A DNA stretch of 62,030 nt, the filler included, from Sluysia triapertura (taxonomy: Eukaryota): NCBI GenBank assembly GCA_046118255.1. It is 5 parts of 5 records of this genome, joined end to end, with 100 filler letters (N's around TTAATTAATTAA, not from the genome) between each part and the next. Parts side by side here need not be neighbours in the genome. Positions count along the whole stretch, not along the records: positions 1 to 11,276 come from JBJNIA010186491.1; positions 11,377 to 24,324 come from JBJNIA010070173.1; 3 more parts are not named here. The stretch is one strand, 5' to 3'. Both the position numbers and the translations under genes were made by a program. Below are positions 1-14,745 of the stretch, one piece after another. A model generated the notes under the pieces. The model was not told the origin of the DNA. It worked only from the letters and a program-made list of their open reading frames with translations, and did not search any database. Position 1 is the stretch's first letter. Every line of letters starts with the position of its first letter.

Positions 1-71
<71 letters not shown>
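1..71. repeat. (AAT)n microsatellite
   Basis: Perfect AAT repeat at the contig start. Confidence 0.95.
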
Positions 72-612
72 CGAGAAGAAACGGGAATAATTAGAGATTA
101 TGAGAACAGTAAATTAAAGAATAAAAGATAAAGATACAACAATAATGTTGAAACAAACTTTTAATAATAATGTTAACTTGTGTAATACTAAATTTTGATA
201 TAAAATTGTGTAATATTATAAAAGTTGTGTTTGTTATCTAGAACATGTATTGAATTTGCATTGCGGTATATTTTATTTGGTGATAAATACGTTAGATTTC
301 ATTTATTTAAAAATGTTGCATTTTGATGATTTTTGCATGACTGTAATTGGTGAGTTTTGGTCTTGAGTTCACTATACTAAACTCTAGGGTTTATAGTATA
401 TGATTTACACTTTTCTAAGCGGCGTATCTAAAGAGAATTTTTGTCGTAAGATGGTCTAATTTTAACTATAAAATAAGATAAGATAAGATAAAATAAAGAT
501 ATTGTAATATATAATATACGTTAGACAGTCAATAATTAATTTGAAAATAATAGAAAGAGTAAATATAAAATATTAGAAATAAATATTCAAAATAAAATAT
601 TAATTATAAATA

Positions 613-1640
613 CACTAAACTCCCGATTATCCGTGTATAAAATTTAGAATATCTATAATTGTTTGAATAAATACACATCTATTTATTTTAAGAAGTACAA
701 TTTTAATTTCATTGATAAGCTATTGACTTACTGGTATGTATTGTTTATTTTTCTTTAGGTTAAATTCGAGTTTTTTAAAAAGTAAAGGATTGCTACAGAA
801 GACGGAACTGTTATTAAATAACGCTCCTTGTTATCCAAATGAAAGCATACTGAAAACACACGATGGCCTTATAGATGCAAAGTTCTTACTACCTAATGTA
901 ACATTTTTAATTCAACATATGGATCAAGGAGTTACCTCTTTAATAAAACGCCATTATCGCAATGATCTCCTAGAAGCTTCTGCAGGAGAATGACTATTTA
1001 ATGAATTTAGAGAAAAAATGACAATGTTGGATGCAATATATGGAGCTGCTAAATCTTGGAACAAAATTAAGCCAATAACACTAGTTCGATCGCGGTTGAA
1101 AATTTTGTCAAATGTATAAAGTAATGTTCGGGCTCTATTGGACCTGAGATATGTAACATTTCATAATTATGTGAACTAATGAAAAATTTAAATGGACTTG
1201 AAAATTATGATGACCAAAATATTGAGAAATGGATGAAATTTGATTTCTCTGATCCAGTATTCCAGATACAGGGTGACAATGATATTATTTCAAACCTAAT
1301 TTCAAATCCAAATAAAAATGAAAGTGAGATGGAAAGTGAGGTAGAAGATATTACCAATCGTATTAGTCACGACACGGCATTAACTTCTGTCGATACTTTA
1401 CTAAAATAGGTCGATACTTTACTATAAGAATGTAATATCCTTAAGGAAAATTCGAAATGATATTAAAATTCATTGAGAAATTCACTTAAACCAACTAAAA
1501 TTACCGATTTTTTAAGCATTGAATGTATTTTCACTGTTTTCAATAAACTAGTATTTTTTATTACTATTTTGTATTATTATTTTGTGGATTATTCGTGCTG
1601 TCCCTAACCATTATTAGCCCGAATAATCGGGAGTTTGCTG
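613..1640 (+). mobile_element. Internally deleted Tigger/pogo-family DNA transposon with degenerate DDE transposase C-terminus
   Basis: Left end TA+CACTAAACTCCCGATTATCCG (613-633) matches the reverse complement of the right end CGAATAATCGGGAGTTTGCTG (1620-1640). ORF 736-993 has LLLNNAPCYP...LLPNVTFLIQHMDQGV, like the pogo/Tigger DNAPxH...LPPNxTSxxQPMDQG motifs. ORF 1179-1409 resembles the acidic C-terminal tail. Stops are present. Confidence 0.85.
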
Positions 1641-2149
1641 TTTTGTAATTGAATTCGTAATTAAATATTTAATTATGTGTGAAATAAATTTGTAATAATA
1701 TTTCAAAATATTATTGGAAACTGAACTATTAAATTAATTAAATGAAAAGTAAAAGCTGAAAAACATTTGAATTGTTGAATATTCCAGTATATAAAGCAAG
1801 TAAAATCGTTTACAAAACATACAAAAAAAGTGTAATTGTTTAAAAATTTCGCGAGAGCAAAAATAAAACACTAGTGCAAATTAGTTATCAACGATGACAT
1901 TCTCAGAAGATTAACGGATTATCTTTTAAAATATTTAAAGACAAACTTCACTAAAGGCATAGTGGTTGGAAACGACAATATTCTAGGAAGATATCAAATA
2001 CTGGATTGGATCTTTTAAAATATTTGATTTTGTAAGTTATTTCTTGTTAAGTATTGATCTTCCTTACGTGAATATATAAAATCTGCGTTATATATATTAA
2101 TTTTTATTTTACTTGTGTATATTTTGGTCTGTTTTTAAGTCATATTTAA

Positions 2150-2620
2150 AATAAATTTTGAATGAGGAGTTCTGTGTTAAAATTGTAACTGTGTATGTAT
2201 ACGTTTTAAGAGATCGTCCGATGAAGATAAGGTTTGGCCGAGTTCATGCGAGGAAAACCTCCACATTGAGGAAAGTCGAATTTCAGTTAATTTTTAATTA
2301 AAAAATGCTGACATTTTCATATTTAGAATGATGAAAAGATAATGAATTGAATATGAAATGATTGCTACGACATAGGAAAATCCGAAAATGAGGTTAAATT
2401 GTTGATTTGGGAATGAGAACTTTAAACATTTCCTATAAAAAAATTAAGTGTAAGAAATTGAAAAAGTATTAAACTACAAAAACTAAAGTTAAATTCATCA
2501 TTTTTAGTATGTCAATAATAATAATTGCTATTTTAATGTAAGTAGTGATTCATGAAATTATAGATCGCGTAAAGTATAAGAAAATAAGATCCATGTATTG
2601 GTAATGTTTATTTTATTTTA
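2150..2620. repeat. Dispersed repeat family R1 (unclassified), copy 1
   Basis: Shares CGATGAAGATAAGGTTTGGCCGAGTTCATG and TTAGAATGATGAAAAGATAATGAA blocks with 38930-39060, 51420-51730 and 57750-58110. Ends are approximate. Confidence 0.7.
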
Positions 2621-5469
2621 TTGATTAAATTATAATTATGTTAAAAAGCAACGTGAAATGTAAAGGAAAGTAAAAGATTTGTTTGTTCTTAACTGTGAGT
2701 CCCCTATAATCTTAGACTTACACACTTAAGGGCTAGATTATAGGCAGTATTTTAGAAGAAATTATGAGAAATCAAATTTTTCGCAATGATAATATGGCGT
2801 TTCATCACACAATAATTAATTAGATTTATATTAAACTTTAAGTATATCCTTCTGGGCAATACTAATTTTTGTCCGATTAATATCTAGAACTAGATTATTA
2901 ATTCTTCAATTCTCAACAAAATAAAATTAGGTGAGCGATAATTGTACGGGGCAAAATAATATCACTTTATTGTTTAAATCAATTAATGAAATGTTTTTCC
3001 TAGATTTTACGTCCGCGTAAAAACGGCGTCCCTTAATTTCTTTTATCAATTTGAGTCTGAGATTTTGATGTAGAATTTTACCTCCGATTAAAATCGGGGA
3101 CCTTATGATTAATCTTTCAATATAATTAAAAATTGGGTAAAGAAAATATATATACAAAAAACAAAACGTATATATATAAATACAAAATTTAGCAGATTAT
3201 AGTATAATATTTTTATTTATTTATTTTCAGCTTCTTAAAAAAGGGGTTTCAATGAAAATATGTAAATGACGGATTTTACTATAAAATAAAATTGAATAAA
3301 CTTACAAAAAACAACTAACGGTTGAATACAAAATAAAATTATCAAGGAAGTAATTATTATCGTGTAATCCTTCGAGAAAATTTTTGTTCTAACAAAACTT
3401 CACGTAGAGAGAAGAGAATTCCAATGTAAAATTTATTATAGAAAATTGTGCCTTTATGATTTGTATGTTAATTTATACTAGAAATGTGGTTACCTTGACC
3501 TATATTTAAAAATTAGTATATTTAAAGAAATATAATAATTTTAAATAGCAATAATAAATAATATAATAATAACAATAATAGTGATAATAATAATTCCAAA
3601 ATAACTTTTTAATTATTATTTTTTACAATTTAATTTAAAACATAATTTTTTAATTTATTTTTAGAATAATATATATTAATTTTATATGCGTAATTTACAA
3701 ACAATTTATTTTTAGAACAATTTATACATACAATTTATAATAGAAACAATTTATAATATACAATTTATAACAATTTTTATTGATTATAATACATTGCTCA
3801 ATATATTTTTATAATATATTGCTCAAATGTCCAAAATTCGCCCGCTTTTCATCTTTGATTGGGGTAAAAAATTACGATGTTAATTATTTCACCGTGTTCT
3901 AATAGTCTCATCACATGTAAAGATGGATAAAGCATCTTTATCAATTGACTTTTATTGCATAAATTGTAAATAATATTGGTAATAATTATTATTATAAATA
4001 TAATTATCTTTTATTTCTTCTATTTCTTGATGTAGAAAATGAAAAATTCCAAAGGAAAGCTTATACCAGTAAATTTTTATTGATTATTTATTTAATATTT
4101 ATATTTAAAAATATCAGTAAATCAGTAATATGAAATAAAATCTATTAATTTACCGATTATATTATGTAACTAAGACATTTTTTCACGCGATACGATTTAC
4201 TTTTATTTCTTGATTTAGAAAAAGAAAAGTTCCGACGGAAAACAGATACGCGTAAATTAATAAAAATTAATTTTTTGTTTAAATTTGTAAAGTAGTTTCA
4301 TTAAATATGTTCATTTGTCCAATTTACAAATAGAGATATAAGATTTTTTCATTCATATAATTAAAATAAATGAAAAATTAAGTTAATCATAATTAAGTTA
4401 AATTAATTTTCAACTATTTGGCTTTTAATCATTATTTTATCATTAATTTTAAATCATAATAATTGGATGGTAATAAATAAAATATCTTTCTAATGATGTA
4501 ATTTTTGTATTGGCCGATATATTATTTTTAAAAGTTGTCTTTTCTAGTTTCAAAATTATTTTATTTAAATATTCTACTTTAGTAATGTATTGTGTGATTA
4601 TATTATTGTGCAATATTGACTGATAAACATACATCTGCTATTAAAAGTACTTAATTTCTACTGATAATTTAGTAGAATAATTGGGCAATATTATATTTTT
4701 AAATAAAATATTAAATAAATTTAAGAAATTATTTGAATCAAAATCGTCCTTGTATTTCAGATCCTCATACGAGTTTTATTTAATTTTTGTATAACATTAA
4801 TTAATTCATTTATAAAATCACTTAATTTAAATATTGCTAGCAAAATAAGATAATCTTAGGGAAATATTTTTAAATTTAAAGTAGTGGTAAAATAAATCTC
4901 AAATATTTGGTGATCATTAAGTTCGTAATCGACTTTTTATAATCGTTACGTTCGCAATCAACATCTTTAGTCACTTCACTGAGAGTAAATAATATAAAAC
5001 CTCTAATAGTCGTATTACCTTTAAAAGTCAAGTCTATATTGAGTGGAGTATGTATTTTCAGAATGATACTCTTTATTGTTGTACAACAGTTAAATTTATT
5101 TAATGAATAAAGAGTCAGATTAAATAAACACATTATTAATAAATTTCTTGATTCAGGCATTGTATATTCTAAACTATAATTAACTAGCTAACAACACCAT
5201 TCTGATCATCGTTCATAAAGGGAAGACATTATGAATTTGAATCTGCATACGTTGTACCTTTTTCTGATAGTATCAGTTAACATGTAACTAATTTCTTGGA
5301 AGGCCTTCAAGCTTACTAAAAACATATGTTCCTTAATTTGTACATTAACATTATAAGTAGGATTATTGCGTAATAACCTTTTTAATTGTCGATATTCATC
5401 TATCGTCTTCATGACATCTTGGAGCGTACAAATAAAATTTGGATAAGAAATCTGGGTTGGATTTATTTG

Positions 5470-5927
5470 TTCAATTGACATTGCCTTTCCAAAATAAGTT
5501 ATCTTCAGTAATTATTATTTATGAAAACATTAGCAAGTCTCAAGTATCCGTGCATCACTGCAGACGAATAAATGTAATTAAAGCCACAAAATAATTGACC
5601 CATAAAATAACGGATTTGAGCATCAGAGAATTCTTGCTTAGATGATATTATACGATGTAAATCTGTTTCCATTAAACTAAACGTTTCTTCGTCATTAATA
5701 ATCAAATCATTAACGGGTTCTAATATAACATATTCATCTTTAACTTCTTTAACTAATTCGACATTTGTAATTACTTCATCAGAACAATCAAGGGTTATTT
5801 CATTTTCTATCTGTTTTTCTGATTGGGATTGTGGTTGTAGCTCATTCAATTTTTTATTTTTCCAAATTTCAACAATACTGAAATTATTTTTTTGTTCTTC
5901 CGTAGATTCTAATATAAAAGTAGTCAT
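5470..5927 (-). pseudogene. Chimeric ORF ending in a degenerate MAP kinase (ERK-type) catalytic fragment
   Basis: METDLHRIISSKQEFSDAQIRYFMGQLFCGFNYIYSSAVMHGYLRLANVFINNN, then a frameshift to LKITYFGKA, matches MAPK subdomains V-VII. HRDLKP has decayed to HGYLRL and DFG to YFG. The N-terminal ~85 aa are acidic and not kinase-like. Confidence 0.75.
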
Positions 5928-7992
5928 TTTTTGTAAGTACTGCCAAACAACAATATGAAATAAATTTGTGATTATTGATTGGTCATCAAACCAGAAGTGT
6001 TTTTATGATAATAGCAGTACTTTTTATTCTGGTTGGATGGCCAATACTAATTAACAAAATGAATAGTGACTGAGTTACACTGTGATGCCAACCATCATCT
6101 ACAGTGACATGAAATTATAATTGTAAATGAAAAATGTCACTGCCGATTATGGCAGTTACTCAGTTAGTTAATCGACTAAATTGAGTTAGAAATAAATAAT
6201 GAAAATTAAAAATAGTAATAGTAATAATAACAACAAAATGTCTGAATGCTGAGTGAATTTATAAATAAGATTGTGTGATTAAGATCAAGGGTTTTGTCTG
6301 TTTTGTCAATTGTGATTTGAAATGGTTTATTATTGTTTGTGTATATGCATATTTAAATATCAGCTGCAATAGAAGATGAATATAAATTAAAATAAATTTA
6401 ATATAATTGATTTATCAATTTGAATTGTAACAAAATTGATGTTGCATTATCATATGTGACAATATTTGTTGGAGAATGTTTTGCATTTATTTTAGTATCT
6501 CAATTTGTCGCAATAAAATATTTGATATATGCATTCTCATGTCTTAATTAATTTCATTAATTATAATTATTATATGTTTAATAGTATTCTTTATTTATTC
6601 AGTCTTCTGGAATGTTAAACGATGAAGTAATTTATTAATAATTTAAACATTAACCGAAATAATTCATCAGCATAGAAAAGAATATATAAAAATTACAATG
6701 AAACATATATTATTTTGATCATAACAATAATCAAATAAGCAATTTTAAAATGTTGAAATTACTTAAAATATGTTTTATAATTTACGATATTTCAGTGAAA
6801 ATTTCAATCTAAAGAATAAAACTTTTACTTTGTTCCATAAGTATCGCTCATTTTTATAATACAATTTTAAATTGAAGTAATACGATATATTCAACAATTA
6901 TCAAAAAATAATGTCACTTTAATTTAATAAAATTGAAATTTTGAATGTGAAAAATAACTGCACTACTAAATGGATTAGTTTAAAGCTTGGAGTCCGCCTA
7001 CGGTTCTAGTCTAAAGCAATTAAAGGCTTGTTTTGTAGAATTTAAGAAGATTTAGTAAGAACTTATGAACGTCGTGCACAATATTTTAACGCTAATAATG
7101 TTTTCTAATTTTAATTCGTAATGCAAAGGAAATTAATTATGTCGATATGTTAGATTTGCGATTCTCTTTCCGCTTTAAAGTGCTATTAATTTTGTTTGAT
7201 TAGAAGTCTTCTTTTTAAGCGAGGTTAGTTTTTACATGATCTACCAATAAAATAGTTTGCGACCGTTTTCTTGTAAAATCACCTCAAAAAGCAAATAGTA
7301 ACATTTTACAAACTTTGTAAATATATAAATTAAGTGCGCAATTTGGATAAATTTATTTAAGATTACGCTTCTTAATTGTAAATTTAAACGTTTACAACTT
7401 TTTCGAGACTACGTAATTGATAATCAAAGTTTACATAATTTATAGAAATATTTTAGTACGAACAAAATTAAAAGTTCCTTAGGATTTTGAGTTCAATATT
7501 AATAGGCACGTTAAAGAGTGCCGAAACTTATAAACATTAAACTAAGTGTTATTTTATCAAAACTGTTTTCCATTTTACGAAAAGATCTTGCAACCTGAAC
7601 CAAATTAAAAGTCATAGATAGTAATATAAATTTGTTACAAAACTATGTTTGTTTTGTATGTTTTATAACTTGAGAAATAGAAATATTACATAATAATGAT
7701 GTTATATTTATATAAAAAATAAATTTTTCTTATTAACATTTAAAATAAAATTTTCTTATTATTTATTCCTATTGCAATAACAGTTTTATATTTATTTAGC
7801 ATTCAAGACCTAAGGATGCAAAAATGGTTTGATTTATAAGTTTAATTTTAAACTCATTAGTTGAACAATAAATGCTAGTACCAATTTTTAACTTTTATAT
7901 AACTTCTTATTTAAACATTTAATGTACCAATTAATTTACCTTTAAATACGCTCATAAGCTGCGGCTTATCTAAGAGAAAAGTTGTTTCTTAA

Positions 7993-8221
7993 CCCCTTCT
8001 CGGTTTATGCCGTATATTTACGGCATAACTAAAACTGACCAGAGCATAAAATTCCGTATATATACGGCACCAAAACAATCAAACGAAAAATAAGTGTAAT
8101 CTTCGTAATATTTATAAAACGACGTCGGAAATATCTTTATACAGTACTTTTGTTTTTTTGTTAATAAGAAAATAGCCAGTTTTCGACCATTCACTTGAAA
8201 AATAAATAAACCGGGAAGGGG
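7993..8221. mobile_element. piggyBac-type MITE (229 bp)
   Basis: TTAA at 7989-7992 and 8222-8225. TIRs CCCCTTCTCGGTTTA / TAAACCGGGAAGGGG. Internal palindromes ATGCCGTATATTTACGGCAT and CCGTATATATACGG. Confidence 0.88.
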
Positions 8222-9003
8222 TTAATCATTGCTACGATTTGTACACGGGATTTTAAAACAGCAGGAAAAAACAACTTTAGTTTGTGAAAAGTGAAGTTTA
8301 ACGTAGCTTTTAAATTGTAGAAATGTAAAAATAATGTACAAAAGTGTAAATAATGACCTCAATGTTTTAATATTTAAATATTGTAAAAATTATAATTTTA
8401 TTATTTTGAATAATTTTATTTAAAATTAACAATATATGGACTAATTTAATAATTGAGAAAAAATATTTTTAATATAATAAAATTTTTTATAGTAATTTTG
8501 TTTTTATTTTTCGTTATAATAATTTTATCTTTATTTTTATTTTTCGTCGTCCTGAAAATTTTATTGTTGAAAACTCTAACTTTTATTACTCAATTCTGGA
8601 ATATTTCAAAACTTTATTGTTTACATGGAGTATAATAATTAATTAAATTTAGAAAATTTTAGCATGCAAAAGTCGTAAAAGAAAATTGAAATATAAAATA
8701 AACAACTCGATAATTTTACACACAATTTTGTGCAACAATAATTTTGTTTAATTTTTGTTCAACTACAATTTTGTCCAACAATAATTCGATCCACTTTTAA
8801 TTCCATTTAGTCGTAAATTGATTCCTTTTGATCCGGTTTTGATTCAATTTAGCCGTAATTTGATTTTGGTCCCGATACATTTTTTTACCTACGACTGTTC
8901 CATGTTAAATAAGTAAGTTTGTTTTTGTAAGGACACAGTATAAAATTTAGCGTTAAATCCACGTAAAATCACAAATATTTCGACACCTGCGTTAAAATCG
9001 TAT

Positions 9004-9330
9004 TGTGGGATTTTAAGTAAGAGTAAAATACTTATAGAATAAAATAACGTGAGTCCACCAACGCATTAGGTTTACCAGTTAGGGCTTGTAATTAAAAAGA
9101 TTAAAAATATAACTCAATGCTTGCTTAAATGCTTAGTGAAGTTAAGTTAAGTTCTGGGCATATTTTAAAGAATGAGAGTAAATTCAAATATTTTTATTAA
9201 CTGAAAAAATAATTATTTAAGGAATAGTTTCGTAAATCCTATGAAAAGGATTTGTAATAAATGATTTTACTTGATCATAATTAAATGATGATAAAGCTTT
9301 AATGCACGGCAATTTTTATGATTTTGAAAC
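9004..9330 (-). mobile_element. Degenerate copy of LTR family L1
   Basis: Carries the L1 GC-rich core (GTGAGTCCACCAACGCATTAGGTTTACCAGTTAGGGC, 9049-9086) and a TGTGGG terminus at 9004. The far end is uncertain. Confidence 0.55.
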
Positions 9331-11276
9331 TATGAAAATTATTTGGGTCTTCAAATATTCAAATAACAAAACTTTTTCCTTGAATATGTATTAATAAATG
9401 TAATTGTACAACAATTTAATAATTATAATTAATAGCAGAGTTCATATTTTTTGAAAGAAATTTTATTTTTATTTTTCGTAGGAACCATTAAAAGGTTCCG
9501 TATATCTTCAAAAATAGATTTTAAGTGGAGTTTGCGTTTGATACTTACAAGTATCGAATCCTACAAAAATAAGCTAACGAATTATTTTCCGAAAATTAAA
9601 AATGGTATTGTTATTCCAAATTTAAATCAATTGTTATAATTATGTTAAAATATAAATAGTATTATTAAAATCAATAAAGAAAACATATTAATAATGTACA
9701 CAACAGTTAGTAATAATATTAAAACGTCACATACATAATCAATCATATCATTATGTCATAACCATCATCACAATATAAAAATTAAATAAATAATTTTTGG
9801 AGTAATTCCATCATTTTTAGTATCGAATTTCTGCATATTATATATATAACTTTTAATTGTTAGGTTGTCATCATAACCACTTAAAATCACCAAATTTAAT
9901 ACAAAAAGCAATTACATTACTTAAGATAAAATTATTTTCTAAAAAAGAAAAGAATATTCCATCGCTACTTATTGGTTGATAACTAATATGTAAACAAGTA
10001 TCAGTTTAATGATATTTTTGGATTTATTTATAAATTTTTAACAAGAAAAACTATTAAAATATATAATCTAAAATTTATCAATAATCAGTTTCAGTCGGCC
10101 ATCCTCATCAGATAATTCAGCGATGTTAAGATCATTTATTAGTAGGGCATTTTAGGAAAACAAGCTGAATCTGATTTAACACTCTAGCAAAGATTCAGTA
10201 AGACACCTTTCTGTAAGTTCATTTAAATAACGAAAAATTATTTATCTAATTTTACTTTCCCCGATCTATTGAGGAAAATTTTCATATTCATATATTATTA
10301 AAAATAGAGAATTAAAGATCTTTTGGGATTTTAATTATAAAATATCCATTTTATTATTGTTTCTATTTGATTACCTTCTTCTATTGTTTAATTGTATTAT
10401 TCCATCGTCATTTGAATTTTGGAAACGACTTATAATTTGAGCTTTTAATAGAAAAGATAAGAATATAATCTATTTAATAAAAATATTATTTGTTGGTTTA
10501 GCAAGTCTTTTATTTCTTTACTCTAATTAAGCCTGAATTCCACTCAAAATCACTTAATATCTTTTCAAGGTACTTTAAAACATTACTATAATATCTCTAA
10601 TTTAAATAATCATATTAAGTTCAAACTTAATATTTAAATTTCGTGTTTTTATTCTTATAAATTAATAAGTGTGTAATTTATTCATTAACAATTCGTTTTT
10701 CTAATGTAATTTTGTGTAAATATAAAAATTTTGTTTTTGAATAAGATAAAATACTAGGCGAGTCAGAACCTCAATCATACAAAATTTAAGTTTTGTTTGT
10801 TATAATCCTATAGTGGTGATCATCAGTAATATTCTAAGAATTCGTTTTAAATTTCATTTTGCTTAGGCTAGAGTAAGTTAAAACCCATAACAATATATAC
10901 AGTAAAACCGCGTCCATCTAATGATGGCAAAGTAAACCAGCTCCTAAAAAGCCCCAGACATTAACAAGACAGTTTCATAATTAAATTTTAAGAATCACTG
11001 TATTTTATTTATTCATAATATTATTAATTAATAAAACAAAACATGCTATAATCAATTTATTAATTAAATGTCTGCTTTAATTTTATATGTTTACGATTTA
11101 CAATTGATTTATTTTTAATCAGAAAAAATTGTTTTGTTTTTTTGTCTTTTATCATTCATGAATAAATCTAATTTTTACTTGATATGACAATTTTGTTATG
11201 GTAAAAAGGCCTAAAAAGTGCCAAGTAGTATAATTGAATATATTGAAAATGAAATTGTTAGACGGGGCTGATAGCT

Positions 11277-11376
11277 NNNNNNNNNNNNNNNNNNNNNNNN
11301 NNNNNNNNNNNNNNNNNNNNTTAATTAATTAANNNNNNNNNNNNNNNNNNNNNNNNNNNNNNNNNNNNNNNNNNNN
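11277..11376. other. Artificial contig linker
   Basis: N44-TTAATTAATTAA-N44 gives stops in all six frames and recurs identically four times. Confidence 0.95.
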
Positions 11377-11559
11377 GAAGTAATTTCGAAAGTAGTAATT
11401 TCGAAAATTTTTTATTAGATTTGAAAATTAATTCGGGCGACAAGAGGTTAATACTAAAGATCTTTGTAGTCATGTTTTTAATTTTATTTATAATTTTTAC
11501 AATTTTAAATTCATTGTTATTAAAACAACATTTAACTTAAATTTTAAATTTAAATGCAA

Positions 11560-11830
11560 ATCATTATTACATCACTTACAAATTCAGTGTAATATACTAA
11601 TTTTTAATCCTTTCACTTATTTTTCGTAAAATTATTGACTTTAAATTTTCTTAATAATTTATTTTAACCTACTCAATTATAAATCAGAGAATCCTTAAAA
11701 ACATTGACCTCTTACACATACAAATTTCTAAAATTGAGCGGCTAGCCCTAGTCGGTAAGTCTAGTACGTTGATGGACTCACAATAATTAATCTTTTATTC
11801 TTAAGACTAAGTTAAGTAAAACTCTAGCAA
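11560..11830 (+). mobile_element. Degenerate copy of LTR family L1
   Basis: Core GCGGCTAGCCCTAGTCGGTAAGTCTAGTACGTTGATGGACTCACA at about 11738-11782, followed by TTTTATTCT as in the other copies. Ends are approximate. Confidence 0.55.
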
Positions 11831-14745
11831 TATTAAAATTAAAGCTTTTCTTGTCTTTAATTTTGTAACTTTAATTATTTTAATGAATACATTTTCCCCT
11901 CATTAAAACGGGATTAAAATAATTAATAAAGATTTTAGAGTTTACGGTTTATAATCTCACGAGTAAAATCTTCCTTAAAATTAATCAAACTTACTAATTT
12001 TAATGAATAATGGTGCAAAAATATTTCCATGAAGGAGAGTTGTATAAATTGATTCTTTAATCAAATAATTTGCGTGGAAAAAAATGAAATTGCTTGTTGT
12101 TCTTGTGATTGAATTGATACTGGTCGTCAGTCAGTCACAATCAAATAGAATTCCTGAAAATTTCAGAATGTACTAAAATTTTCGTTTTCTTTTTTTAGAA
12201 ATTTTGTAACTTGATGGTTTGTGATGACAACCTATAGTCACTAGATCAATTTCCTTCAAATAAGAGTATCCACAAAAATCAATTACCATTGTGAATTATT
12301 TCACTTCACCAAATCATTTATCACCGAGTCGCATTCAACGTCGATGACTGATCACTGCCGAGTATTATTTAATTTTATAAAATTACAAGATTCTAATTTA
12401 TTAAATTTTTATTTGAAATCATCACCATCTATTTATACATAAAATTTATTATATAATTTAATACAAATTGAGCCAATAAAACAATAAATACGAGTTTAAA
12501 TTATTATTAAGACGAAATATAAAAACGACAACTTCTAACTAATTTTTTTTATAATTATACAACTATAATGTGTATCGAAAAATGTAAATTTATCAATTGA
12601 TAAACAATTAGGTAATGACAGAATCATTATCAATCCTCTAAATACAATACAAGGATTCCAGTTGGTAATAAAAATGATAATCTTTTACATGGTATTATGA
12701 TTTTTGCAATAACCGATTTTTACGATATTTCGTGACAGAACACAATAATAAATGAAACAAAATTTATATGAAATTGGCATAATAGAGGATTTATTGTATT
12801 GCTACTACCAACGAATTCTTTCAAATTTTAAATAATAATGATAATATTATTATTAATCATCTGAAAATGAATAAGTATTAGTATGAAGATATTGATACGC
12901 AGATACGTATTGAAACTATTAATATGAAGCCTTAGTAGTAATATTGTGTTGTTATTACAGTAGACATGTATTGAAGTATGCAGTGGCTGAAAATTAGAAT
13001 AATATTTAAAATTATAAATATTAAATAAATACAATTTATTAGAGAATAAAATTGGACATTGCAGGAAAATTAATTATAAAGAAAATTGAATACATAGGAA
13101 TTATTATGGAATAGATGAAACCAAATCACTGGCTGGAATTTTGCACTAGCAAAGACTACTAGAATAACGAAAATATTTTAAAAGTTTAAAGCACTGGTAA
13201 GAAAATGCTTGAATTTTAGAATTGATTTTCGCTGTATAAGTGACAAACCAGTGGAGCTTTCAGAGCTTTTATTTAATATTGGTAAAGACGATTTTAGTGG
13301 CGGTAGTGAACTCTAAATCTACACATCGTAATCACAAAGACATTTCATCACAAATCAACACTTCATACATTGCTAATCAAGTTACTCGATATATTCAAAA
13401 TACAAATTCAGTTATAATTTATAAATACAAAAAATTCATCATTATTGTTATAATTGCTAGTGTTTTATATTTATCTTATACTTAATAGCAAATTAGCTGA
13501 GAGATCGGTCCACCTAATAAGTACGCACTATACCACTGTTGGAGACGTATTATTAGGATTTTACAAAAAATTTATTTTAACTTAATTCGCAAGCGAATGC
13601 AACTTAATAAGTTGAAATCAATCTTTTTAGGTTTAAGATTTTACTAAATTACACAACCCTTTATTTTATTTATATTCCACAACCCTTTTATTAAGGTGTT
13701 GTCACAAAATAGGAATTTTAATTAACTATTTATTGAGTTGCACAATTCTTTAAATCAACCAGTATTTTAAAGTAACTTAATCAAAAAATTCAATACTTTA
13801 TATTAAATTATCAAACTAAAAAATACTATACGATGTTAATAACAAAAAACTATTGTACAAACTGTAGACAGACATAATAATAAAATGTTTAAAATAATTC
13901 AATATTGGAATTTTAATTTAAGATTACCCAACCCTATTTAAGGTGTTGGTACGAAAAATGAACAATGATTTTAAGTTTGATTTTGGTATTCCCACTTAGG
14001 GTGAACACGTGTGAAACCTATAAATAAAAAATTAATTTGCAACTTTTGAAGACATCATGGAACTCAGGAAACTGCAATTTAACTTGAAATCTTAAACTTG
14101 TTTTCTTAAAAATTGGCCTTCTTACTCGAATTCTTAATCTATTTATACTAAATGTTAATAACTTACCTATTTAATTATTTTCTTAAATAATTATTTCTTT
14201 TGTTTTCTAAAATATTATATTTAATATTTTTTCCTTTGTTCTTAAAATTAAATAATTCTTTTCTTTAATATTTTTCCTTTGTTCCTAAAATTAAATAATT
14301 CTTTTCTTTATACCTAAAATATTTAAAATTTTTCTTAATTTAAACAAAACTTACAAAATTAATTTATATTTTTATTTTTAATTTATATTTTTTATTTTTA
14401 ATATTTTTATATTTTTTTATTTTTAGTATTTTTTAATATTTTATGTATAATAATATTTCTAAATATTCACAAACATCATAAAACGTATAACTCTTACATA
14501 ATAAAGACTTTCACAATATTAATTATTATAATAGTTTTCAAGTTATCGAATAATAATAATAAACCGTTATAATAATTCTGCATTGTAATTTTCTAATTAT
14601 TTTTGTAATAACAGTTTTCCTTTTCGTTCTCTTCTTGTTTGTATGTATGCATGTTTAGTTTTATGCACGTTTTTGTCGTTTTTCCGCATGCACAAATACT
14701 TTCTTCATATTCATCCCAAAAATATAATGAAGTATCTGTCGATAC

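Noticed and set aside
11277-11376. Identical TTAATTAATTAA palindrome embedded in N runs, four times
   Set aside because: It is an exactly 100-bp, six-frame-stop linker from contig concatenation, not biology.
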